Position numbers and translations under genes: made by a program. The notes beneath the pieces are model-generated. The model was not told the origin of the DNA, ran no database searches, and worked only from the letters and a program-made list of their open reading frames with translations. From positions 704,001-768,000 of the forward strand of contig CAVUWA010000002.1 of the NCBI GenBank assembly GCA_963744995.1: a stretch of DNA of 64,000 nucleotides, in the 5' to 3' direction. Below are positions 36,449 through 44,859 of this stretch, in pieces. The stretch comes from Candidatus Eiseniibacteriota bacterium. GTDB taxonomy: Bacteria; Eisenbacteria; RBG-16-71-46. The first letter of the stretch is position 1, and every line of letters starts with the position of its first letter.

Positions 36449-37477
36449 GTGGACCATATTGGCATCGATCTGCACAAGCGCGAAAGCCAGATCTGCATCG
36501 AGACCGAGTTCGGAGAGATCATCGAGAAGCGGATCCGCACAGAGCGAGAGCGATTCGAGGCGCTGCTCGGGAACCGGCCCCGGGCGAAGATCCTGCTGGA
36601 AGCGATGACGGAGTCGGAGTGGGTGGCACGATGCCTCGAGGATCTGGGCCACGAAGTGGTGGTGGCCGATCCGAACTACGCGGCGATGTACGCCACGCGC
36701 AGCCGACGCGTGAAGACCGACCGACGCGACGCCGCCACGCTGGCCGACGCCTGTCGGCTGGGCGCCTATCGGCCGGCCCACCGGGCGAGCGATCACCAAC
36801 GTCACGTGCGGGCCGAGCTCGCGGTGCGAGACACCCTGGTGCGAACGCGAGTGAAGTGCGTGGCGCTGGTCGGGGCCTTGCTGCGGCGCCACGGGGTGCA
36901 CCTGCCGAGCGGGAACGTGGACGGGTTCCTGGGACGGGTCGAGCGACAGGCGATGCCGGCGGAGCAGCGCCAGGAGATCGCGCCGCTGCTCCTGCTGATC
37001 CAGACCACCCATGCCGAGATCAAAGCCGCGGACCAGCGGATCGCAACCATCGCGGCGAACGACCCGGTGATCCGACGCCTGCGAACGGTTCCTGGCGTGG
37101 GACCGGTGACAGCGACGGCGTTCGTGGCCACGCTCGACACCTGGGAGCGTTTCGAAGGACCGCACCAGGTCGAGGCTTACCTGGGACTGGCGCCGAGCGA
37201 GCGCAGCTCGGGTGAGCGACAGCACCGCGGAGCGATCACCAAGGCCGGCAACAGCCGGGTGCGCTGGCTGCTGGTGGAAGCCGCGTGGGCGATCCTGCGT
37301 TCGCGTCGCGACGACACCGAGCCGTTGCGGCGCTGGGCCCAACGGATCGCGCTGCGCCGCGGAATGAAGGTGGGCATTGTCGCCCTGGCGAGGAAGCTCG
37401 CAGGCATCTTGTACGCGATGTGGCGGGACGGGTCGACGTACGAGAAGCGTGAGGGACGGACGGTCGAAGCGGCGTAG
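36449..37477 (+). CDS. IS110-family DEDD recombinase/transposase
   Basis: IGIDLHK, LEA, KTDRRDA, VPGVG, GLAPSERSSG and ALARKL. GTG 36449 with GGAGG RBS. Confidence 0.96.
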   Translation: MDHIGIDLHKRESQICIETEFGEIIEKRIRTERERFEALLGNRPRAKILLEAMTESEWVARCLEDLGHEVVVADPNYAAMYATRSRRVKTDRRDAATLADACRLGAYRPAHRASDHQRHVRAELAVRDTLVRTRVKCVALVGALLRRHGVHLPSGNVDGFLGRVERQAMPAEQRQEIAPLLLLIQTTHAEIKAADQRIATIAANDPVIRRLRTVPGVGPVTATAFVATLDTWERFEGPHQVEAYLGLAPSERSSGERQHRGAITKAGNSRVRWLLVEAAWAILRSRRDDTEPLRRWAQRIALRRGMKVGIVALARKLAGILYAMWRDGSTYEKREGRTVEAA

Positions 37478-37710
37478 AGCGAAGAGAACATCTCAGCCGG
37501 GTTCAAACACAGGGGAGCGGTGAGCGCGAACGGACTTGTGGCTGCTGTCGAAGCCGAGTAGCCGATTGGCGCCCTGCCCCCGTCGGAGAACTCACCATGC
37601 GCCGGCGGCAGAGTCGCCCACGCTGAGCGCGAAAAGACGGATGAAGAACCTCGCTGAGAGAGGCACAGCAAACGAGTAAGATGGGCGCGGCTTCCGCGCC
37701 TCAGCGGAGC
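37478..37710 (+). ncRNA. Candidate bridge/seek RNA in the IS110 right end
   Basis: About 230-nt non-coding end with stems (GGTGAG/CTCACC; GGCGCGG/CCGCGCC) and short matches to the element junctions. Confidence 0.5.
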
Positions 37711-37724
37711 GCTGCTTCAAAGCC

Positions 37725-37814
37725 GACGTCGTGCGCGAGACGCTCGACTGGCTGAACCGCTATCTGGAGCCGGTCCACACGGGCCCGTCCGGAGCCTCCA
37801 GCCCACACGGATAG
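37725..37814 (+). pseudogene. C-terminal fragment of a probable alpha/beta hydrolase
   Basis: DVVRETLDWLNRYLEPV resembles the last helix of alpha/beta hydrolases. No upstream part is present. Confidence 0.45.
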
Positions 37815-37824
37815 GGCTGCGCGC

Positions 37825-39195
37825 CTACTCCCGCCCTTCCGAGATCGCCTCGCCCAGGACTGCGCTCTCGTGCGCGATTGTCGCGGCCCCGCCCCGCCCC
37901 GGCGCCGACTCCTTCACCATCATCATCGCGATCACGCCGATCACCGCGGCGCCCGTCCAGTAGAACGCCGGCGCCAGCGGGTTCTTCGTCCAGTCGATCA
38001 ACAGTTTGATCATGAACTGGGTCGAGCCGCCGAAGATCGAAATCGCGAAGGCGTAGATCGTCGCCACGGCGCCGGAGCGGATGTGCGGCGGCAGGGTCTC
38101 GGTGATCGTGACGATCACCGGCACCGATGAAAGCGCGGCGAACATCACCATCACGCCCTCGGCACCGTAGAGCACCCACATGCTCTTCGCGTGGCCGATG
38201 ACCCAGAAGCAGGGGAGGATCGCGAGCACGAGCAGCAGGCCCGGAATGATCATCACGGGCTTCCTGCCGAAGCGATCCGACAGCCAGCCGCTCAGCACCT
38301 CGAACACGATCGACACGCTGCCGTTGAGGACGATGAGAGTGAACGAAATCGTCGCGGGCAGCTTCAGCGTGTCGAGTGCGTATGTGGCCATGTAGCCGGT
38401 CGTGTAGCTCCCGATCGTTCCGGCCGTCAGCATGATGAGCCCGAGCACGGTGATCGCGAGGAACGGGCGAATCCGTTCGCGCAGAGGCCGGCGCACCGCC
38501 GCGGCCGCGCCGGGCGGCGGCGCTGCGGCGCGCGGCTTCTCCAGCGTCTCCGGCAGCGTCCGCCGCACCAGCAGCCCGAACGGCACGATCAGCGCGCCGA
38601 TCAGCAGCGCCACGCGCCAGCCCCAATCCTGAAGCTGCTGGTCGCTGAGGTGGGAGGCGAGCGTCGTGCCCACGAGCCCCGCGAACAGCACGGCGCCGTC
38701 CTGCGTCGCGTACTGCATGGACAGGTAGAGCCCGCGCCGGCGCGGCGGTGCAGCCTCCGCCATGTACGCGGTAGTCGGGCCGACCTCGCCGCCGAGCGCG
38801 AAACCCTGCACCAGGCGGAACAGCAGCACGAGCGCGGGCGCCCACGCACCGATCGCCGCGTAGGACGGCGTGAGCGCCAGGCCCACGATCGCCACGCCCA
38901 TCAGCGAGAACGAGAACACCATCGCCGGCTTGCGGCCGATGCGGTCGCCCATGCCGCCGATCACGATGGCGCCGATGGGGCGGGTCAGGAACCCGGCGCC
39001 GAACGTAGCGAGCGTGGCGAGCAGCGCCGCCGACGGGCTCTCGCCGGGATAGAACGTGCGCGAGATGTAAACGGCGAAGTAGGAAAACGTGAGGAAGTCG
39101 TAGAACTCGAGACCGTTGCCGACGAACACGGCCATGACGTGCTTGAGCGGGACGCGGCGCACTGCGGGCGCTGCGGTCTTTTCGACGGTGTTCAT
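37825..39195 (-). CDS. MFS transporter, metabolite:H+ symporter family (ProP/CitA/KgtP-like)
   Basis: GNGLEFYDF, DRIGRK, RLVQGFALGGE and SDRFGRKP motifs. Confidence 0.93.
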   Translation of the reverse strand: MNTVEKTAAPAVRRVPLKHVMAVFVGNGLEFYDFLTFSYFAVYISRTFYPGESPSAALLATLATFGAGFLTRPIGAIVIGGMGDRIGRKPAMVFSFSLMGVAIVGLALTPSYAAIGAWAPALVLLFRLVQGFALGGEVGPTTAYMAEAAPPRRRGLYLSMQYATQDGAVLFAGLVGTTLASHLSDQQLQDWGWRVALLIGALIVPFGLLVRRTLPETLEKPRAAAPPPGAAAAVRRPLRERIRPFLAITVLGLIMLTAGTIGSYTTGYMATYALDTLKLPATISFTLIVLNGSVSIVFEVLSGWLSDRFGRKPVMIIPGLLLVLAILPCFWVIGHAKSMWVLYGAEGVMVMFAALSSVPVIVTITETLPPHIRSGAVATIYAFAISIFGGSTQFMIKLLIDWTKNPLAPAFYWTGAAVIGVIAMMMVKESAPGRGGAATIAHESAVLGEAISEGRE

Positions 39196-39334
39196 TCAGT
39201 CTCCCGCGGAAAGACAATTCGACGCAGATTGCTCGACACAGGACGAAGCGCCCTCGACGTCGGGATCCGGGGCGTGCGGGTGGCTCCTCCCGCCGTTCGG
39301 CGTGGTCCGGCTCCGCATGACGCAGCGGTCGAGT

Positions 39335-40876
39335 TCAATTCCCCGCGACGCGGACCTCGACTCCTTTCGGCACCGTTCTCGAGAATTGCACGAGCTCTTC
39401 GCGCAACTCGTCGCGACTCGAAGGGTCGACTGCGTAAATCCCGACGATGGCCCTCGCCGGAGCGATGCGTGGTTTGCCGAGCCTGAGTTCGCCGATTCGA
39501 GTCCAATCGTCGGGGATGGAGGGAAACCAATCGTCGTAGATCATTGCGGCCTTGACCCCGTACCGTTGCGTCAACGATTGCATCCAGTCGGGCGCGCCGC
39601 TTCGTCGTCGAAGCAGCGCCTCACGGGAGGCGAGTCCTGCCAGATCCAGTACGTAATGGGGGTTCCGGTAGGATACCCAGCCGAGATCGTTGACGGCCAC
39701 GACGTCGTCGACGTACTCGGTGGCGAAGCGGTGCATCTGATACTGCTGCTCGTAGATGTTGTTCGACGCCAGCGGCGTCAACAGCGCGATACCGATGTAC
39801 GGCACGCACGTGACAGCCAGCACGAGTATGGTCACGACCGCCGCGCGCCCCGCGCCGTACGAGCCGATTCGGGTTGCGACACGGCCACCGTACAAGTACG
39901 TGATCAGAAGGAGGGCAGTGCTCCAGATGTACGACTCGTATCGACCGAATGACCCGGTTCGGCTCGTCGACAGATGGATCACGATGGCGGCGGTGATCGC
40001 CGCAGCCAGGAGACGCTCGCCGGACGGACGGTCCCGCGAGAGCGCCGCGATGGCGAGGATCGGAATCGTGCAGGCGAGCAAGACGCCCTGCGTTGAGTCG
40101 AGATTGCGGAGGAAGGTCCTCACCACGAGCTGGGGCAGCCCGCCGAACGAACTGAACCCGCTCTTCGCCATGACGGATGTCGGCATGATGCCGGCATGGT
40201 GCATCGCCAGGAATGCCATGAAGGACCCCATCGCAGCGGTGATCAGGACCGCGCACACGGCTGCGCGCATACGATGTCCCCGGACGAACAGGTAGACGAT
40301 CGCCGGTGCAGCCAGGAACGCATCCTCAAAACGGATCAACGGAGCAACGACCACCGCGGCGAGAAGCCACCACGGGGCGGCGTGTCGCTCCGTCTCGCAA
40401 ATCAGTCCGAGTACGAGCATGGACGTGATGAGGATCTGGAGCGAGTGCTCCATGCCCGTGAACACCAGTCCGACGAGATTGCAGGCGATGATCAGGCTGA
40501 TCATCGCCAGCAGGAGCACCCTCGGCGGAGCGTCAGCGGCGACGCGGGCGACGGAGAGGATTCGCCAGATGACGTAGACGGTGAGCAGCGCGCAAGCGGC
40601 GTTGAGCAACAGCACGAAATAGCCGGCGAACGCGGACCCGGATGCGGGGGCGATGAGGAGCGGCCACAGGATGCTAGACGCGGGCGCCGAGAATTCCCCG
40701 GGATTCACCCCGTAGTGGCCATGGGCGATGTTCTCCGCAATCGCGAGGTGGATGTATGCGTCGTCCAGCGTGAAGACCAGATGACCGGAGTTGAGGATCA
40801 GGATCGCTGCGGTCTGGAGCACGACGACGGCCAACACGCCGACGATTCCGATCTTCAGAACAACTGAGCGGTCCAT
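39335..40876 (-). CDS. Multi-pass membrane protein, GT-C glycosyltransferase-like
   Basis: LDDAYIH...NPGE...SSILW, GMEH, RFE and DLAGL pattern with many TM helices. Confidence 0.6.
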   Translation of the reverse strand: MDRSVVLKIGIVGVLAVVVLQTAAILILNSGHLVFTLDDAYIHLAIAENIAHGHYGVNPGEFSAPASSILWPLLIAPASGSAFAGYFVLLLNAACALLTVYVIWRILSVARVAADAPPRVLLLAMISLIIACNLVGLVFTGMEHSLQILITSMLVLGLICETERHAAPWWLLAAVVVAPLIRFEDAFLAAPAIVYLFVRGHRMRAAVCAVLITAAMGSFMAFLAMHHAGIMPTSVMAKSGFSSFGGLPQLVVRTFLRNLDSTQGVLLACTIPILAIAALSRDRPSGERLLAAAITAAIVIHLSTSRTGSFGRYESYIWSTALLLITYLYGGRVATRIGSYGAGRAAVVTILVLAVTCVPYIGIALLTPLASNNIYEQQYQMHRFATEYVDDVVAVNDLGWVSYRNPHYVLDLAGLASREALLRRRSGAPDWMQSLTQRYGVKAAMIYDDWFPSIPDDWTRIGELRLGKPRIAPARAIVGIYAVDPSSRDELREELVQFSRTVPKGVEVRVAGN

Positions 40877-41054
40877 GATTCGAAACTCCGGGTGGAGGTC
40901 GGCACGGTCCGGGGCCCCACATCATCGCTCGAAGATGCCCCGAGACTATTGAGTCTAGATGTCCGCGTTCCCGCACTTCAAGGGCGGCGCCCGCTCGATG
41001 CTCGCTCGTCGCGGAATCCATCGGCGCCGAGCGAGGGTCGCCCGAGGCCACGGC

Positions 41055-42161
41055 TCAAAAGTGATCTTCCGGCGCCTCGGCCTGCCCATCCCGCGCCGTG
41101 ACCTGCCAGTTGTCGCGTCGGTCCGCCTCCGGTCGCCACGGCGGTAGCGGTTGCAGCAGGTAACGCGAGAGCGACCCCACGTAGGGCTCGTACAGATGGC
41201 GAAGCTCCGCGAGGCGCTGTCCTGCCTCCGCTTCCTCCGGCAGCTGCAGGCCGCTGTCGACCAGCGCCGATCGCACGCGCTCCAGCTCCTCAGGCGACAA
41301 CCGATCCGTGATCTGGTCCGGCGCGGTCGCCGGAAAGATCTGCGCGAGGTCCACGACGGCGTGTCTGGCCATGGCGAACGTGAGTCGCGCTTGGCGCACG
41401 CAGGTGCCGCGGCCGCCGGTCATCACCAGCGCGCAGCTGTCGAGAATCGCGGTGAGCGCGGCCAGCCACGACTGATTCGTGTGCTGCGAGCGGTAGAAGG
41501 CGAGGATCGGGTACGACAGATGCGTTTCCATCAGCTCGGCGGACCACTGTTCCCAGTCGTAGAAGAGCTTTTCGAGAGCGCCCTCGCCGGCCTGACGACG
41601 GATCAACTCGACGGCGGTCGGCGGCGAGCCCGCCCGTGCATCCAGGAGCGAGATCGCGTACTCCCTGCGTGAAAACGCCTGGTACAGCACCGGGAAGTAG
41701 CCGATCACCAGCGCCAGCAGTCCGAGCCCCATGCCCGATTCGACCACCGCCAGCAAGCGTGCCATCGCGCCGATCGGCACCGCGTCGCCCAGCCCGAGCG
41801 TGAAGAAGCACGTGCCGCTCATATAGAGGTCGAGCGCCAGGGACCGGGGTTCGTGTGCCAGGCGGATCGCGGACCCGTTCGCATGTTGCAGAAGCGCGAA
41901 CGCCATGACCAGCGCGGCGGCCCAGGTCGCGAGCAGCAGCACCAGCGACAGCGGGCCGAAGAAGCCCAGGTACGTTTCGCGCCGCCCGGGCCTCCGCACC
42001 CTCCGGGCGATCGCCCGGAACGGGCCCCAGATCGCGCGGTAGAAGTAGCGCGTGAGGCGCACGCGGCTGCTCGCGCGCCGCGGCATGACGATCGTCTCGA
42101 ACGCGTCCCAGAGCACCGCGGCCAGCAGGAGCGTGCCCGCGACTCCGGAGATCCACCTCAT
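41055..42161 (-). CDS. Potassium channel family protein (Ion_trans_2)
   Basis: Pore motif FFTLGLGD, then YQAFSRRE and ETHLSYPILAFYRS. ATG 42161 follows the upstream stop. Confidence 0.8.
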   Translation of the reverse strand: MRWISGVAGTLLLAAVLWDAFETIVMPRRASSRVRLTRYFYRAIWGPFRAIARRVRRPGRRETYLGFFGPLSLVLLLATWAAALVMAFALLQHANGSAIRLAHEPRSLALDLYMSGTCFFTLGLGDAVPIGAMARLLAVVESGMGLGLLALVIGYFPVLYQAFSRREYAISLLDARAGSPPTAVELIRRQAGEGALEKLFYDWEQWSAELMETHLSYPILAFYRSQHTNQSWLAALTAILDSCALVMTGGRGTCVRQARLTFAMARHAVVDLAQIFPATAPDQITDRLSPEELERVRSALVDSGLQLPEEAEAGQRLAELRHLYEPYVGSLSRYLLQPLPPWRPEADRRDNWQVTARDGQAEAPEDHF

Positions 42162-42162
42162 C

Positions 42163-42714
42163 TCAGCGCGGCAACCGATCCCGGCGCGCCAGGAGCACTT
42201 CAATGGCGTCGGCGAGATGCTCCTCGGTGATGTGATGGTCGCCGCGCTCGACGCGCAGGCGCTGCGCGGTCATCAGCACCTCCACGTCGCGAAAGCCTTC
42301 CGGCGTCTCGAACTTGTAGCAGGCGAGCTCGACCTTCATGCCGTTGGGATCCTGGAGGTAGATCGAATCCATGAAGCCGCGGTCGCGCTCGAGGAACTCG
42401 ATGCCGCGCTCGCGCAGCCGGGCCGGAATCTGGGTGAACGTCGCCCGCGACACGTTGAAGGCGAGGTGCTCGACGCAGCCGATCTCGCGCGGCGCGGGGC
42501 GCCGCGCGTCCTCGCGCTGCTCGTTGGTGAACACCGTGAGCAGCCGTCCGTCGCCCGGATCGAAATAGAGATGATTCTCGTCGGGCTTGCCGAGGTTCGG
42601 TTGCTCGAGCACGAACGGCATGCCGAGCACGCCTTCCCAGAAGTCGATCGCGCTCTGCCGGGTCGAGCCGACGATGGTGGTGTGATGGACACCCTGGACC
42701 TGGATCTTCTTCAC
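42163..42714 (-). CDS. VOC/glyoxalase family protein
   Basis: GVHHTT, FWEGVLGM, HLYFD, HLAF and SIYLQDPNG..VE. GTG 42714 with GGAGGAG RBS. Confidence 0.9.
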   Translation of the reverse strand: MKKIQVQGVHHTTIVGSTRQSAIDFWEGVLGMPFVLEQPNLGKPDENHLYFDPGDGRLLTVFTNEQREDARRPAPREIGCVEHLAFNVSRATFTQIPARLRERGIEFLERDRGFMDSIYLQDPNGMKVELACYKFETPEGFRDVEVLMTAQRLRVERGDHHITEEHLADAIEVLLARRDRLPR

Positions 42715-42881
42715 GGAACTCCTCCGCGAGACGCTGCGGCTGCGAGGCTGGCAGTATGGGGCCACGATCGAGGTGCGGCAACGGGAGAACCGGGGGGCGG
42801 CCCGCTTCGTGCGCCGCTCCCTCTTCGCTCTTCGACCCCTGCGCGCCGCGCCCGGGCGCGGCCGGGCGCGGGCGCGCAGGC

Positions 42882-44057
42882 TCAGTACCCGACGAACACG
42901 TACGCGTCGACCTCGTCGACGCTCGGGTCCCGCACGTTGTTCTGCATGCGTGCGTACTCGAGCCCGATGCGGCAGTTGGGATTCAGCATGTACGACAGAT
43001 TGCCGACGGTCTGGACGTCGTCTTCCTCCGGGAACACCTGCGCGCCGTCCATCGAGAAGCTCGGCATGTGCTGGATCTCGTAGCGCCCGGTCAGCACCCA
43101 GCGTCCGCCCTGGTCGAGCAGGTACACCGCTTCGAGCAGACCCGTATCCACCCGGTCACGCTGGCTCGAATCCGCATCGGCAAAGGTCTCCATGGTGTAC
43201 CCCGGAATGACGTACAGGCGGCCGCGGTTGAGATACGCGTTGAGTTCCGCCTGGATGTGCTGCGAGCTCGCCTTGTCGGCTGCGCGCGGGTCCTGATGGT
43301 CCACGTAGACCCGGGCAGTCACCATCTGGTCGCCGATGTCCCGAAGCAGCCAGCCGTAGTAGTTCTCGAGCTGGTTGAGCGTCTTCGCGTCGGGCTTGCC
43401 CGTCGTCCGTTCGCTGTTGATGAGGCCCGCGGCATACGTCCAGCCGTCGCGGGTGCCGTTGAGCTCGATGCCGCGCCCGTCCAGTGTCACCGGCGACAGG
43501 TAGCCATGAAGCGTAGTCTTGCGCGAGTCGGCCAGATACGGGATCTCCGCGTCGTAGATACCCGTCTTGAGGTTCACCGCGCCGTCCTTCGCCAGGTCGT
43601 CGAACTGCACGAACGCCATTCCCGTCTCCAGCAGTCCGGTGTCGGTCGCGAAGCCGTTGTCGAAGTGGAACGTCACCTTCGGCGCGAGCGTGCCGGCGGT
43701 GTGGAACTCGACGGCGTTCTGCTGGAATGACACGTCGTTGGTGCGCGTCGGGTTGCCGGTGCCCGGGTCGGGGGTGTGGGTGCTGGTCCCCATCACGCCG
43801 ACGTTGCCGACCAGCGAGAGCGGGAACTCCTTGTTGTCCCAGGGTGATTCGCCTTTGGTGCCGGGCATCCGGTAGCCGTTCTGGCGAAACTGCATCCCGA
43901 ATGCGTTGAGACGTGGAAACGCGACGTGGCACGACGTGCAGGGCATGTTGTACTTGCGCGCAAAGAGCGGCAGCGACTCCGCGCCCCGCGGCATCAGCGC
44001 CTGAGCAACGAGCGCGAGCAGAGGCGCAATGAACAGCACGAGTCGGAACGAACGCAT
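42882..44057 (-). CDS. Cyc2-like monoheme cytochrome c fused to an outer-membrane beta-barrel
   Basis: Signal peptide, PLFARKYNMPCTSCH...PRLNAFG..F..NGY, beta-strand-rich body and terminal aromatic residue (VFVGY). Confidence 0.75.
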   Translation of the reverse strand: MRSFRLVLFIAPLLALVAQALMPRGAESLPLFARKYNMPCTSCHVAFPRLNAFGMQFRQNGYRMPGTKGESPWDNKEFPLSLVGNVGVMGTSTHTPDPGTGNPTRTNDVSFQQNAVEFHTAGTLAPKVTFHFDNGFATDTGLLETGMAFVQFDDLAKDGAVNLKTGIYDAEIPYLADSRKTTLHGYLSPVTLDGRGIELNGTRDGWTYAAGLINSERTTGKPDAKTLNQLENYYGWLLRDIGDQMVTARVYVDHQDPRAADKASSQHIQAELNAYLNRGRLYVIPGYTMETFADADSSQRDRVDTGLLEAVYLLDQGGRWVLTGRYEIQHMPSFSMDGAQVFPEEDDVQTVGNLSYMLNPNCRIGLEYARMQNNVRDPSVDEVDAYVFVGY

Positions 44058-44859
44058 GGATTCCTCCCGCGGAAGACGGTGTTTCGCACCCGGATGAGTC
44101 GTCGATGGGAAAAGGGGTCGGTTCGACGCGTTCGACTCAGCGTCGCATCACCGCGTGCGGTGCGGGTCGCGGGAAGCCGTGCTGAGCCGGGCTCGGGGCA
44201 GAAGCGGCGACGCTTGCGGCGCCGTGCGGCAGGGCGCCGACGGCGGCCATGTGGATGGGGTCGTCGACGTCGTCCGTCATGGGCGGCCGCGACGCGGGCG
44301 CGGCACGGACCGGCGACGACGCCAGCGCGTCACGCAGGCTCGCCGGCCGGGCCCAGGATGGGGCGGCGTCGGCCGGTGCGGGCCGCGCATGCGGGGTCGA
44401 CAGGTGCAGAGGCGCCGTCGTGAGGCCCACCGAAGGATCCACGCACCGCCGGGCCTGGGAGTGACCGGGCGCCGCCGCGACGGACACGACGGCAGCGGAT
44501 GCGGAGCCCTGCCCGGGTGTGATGCACGAAACGGGCAGCAATCCGATCGCGAACAGAATGGAGAGCGTTCTCAGAGACGGCACTGGGCATCGAGAACCCG
44601 GACGCAGGGGTGACACGGGCCGCGCCGATCGCCCGCGTCCGCTGGCGTCAGCCTTCGCAATATACGCCCGGTGCCACGCCGCGCCGCGGGATTCTCCGCT
44701 CCGGCACATCTCTTTGCGGGCCTGTGACATGGGGCGCCGCGCGCCTTCATGGCGGCGTTTCTGAGTTCGCTCTGAAGAGCGGGGACGTAGGGACAACAGA
44801 CGCGCTTCATCTCCGAAACCTGCGCCCGCCCCGGGCGCTCGAGCCCCTCCGGAGGTCCC

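Larger units (their letters stand above)
36351..37722 (+). mobile_element. IS110-family (IS1111-type) element, ends approximate
   Basis: Candidate sub-terminal inverted repeats TGAAGCAGC (36358-36366) and GCTGCTTCA (37711-37719). Long structured 3' non-coding end. Confidence 0.7.
24320..37814. mobile_element. Decayed genomic island / integration hotspot (boundaries approximate)
   Basis: Contains an integrase, three integrase remnants, a tRNA half, two IS elements and several gene fragments. Some stretches look less GC-rich than the flanks by eye. Confidence 0.75.
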
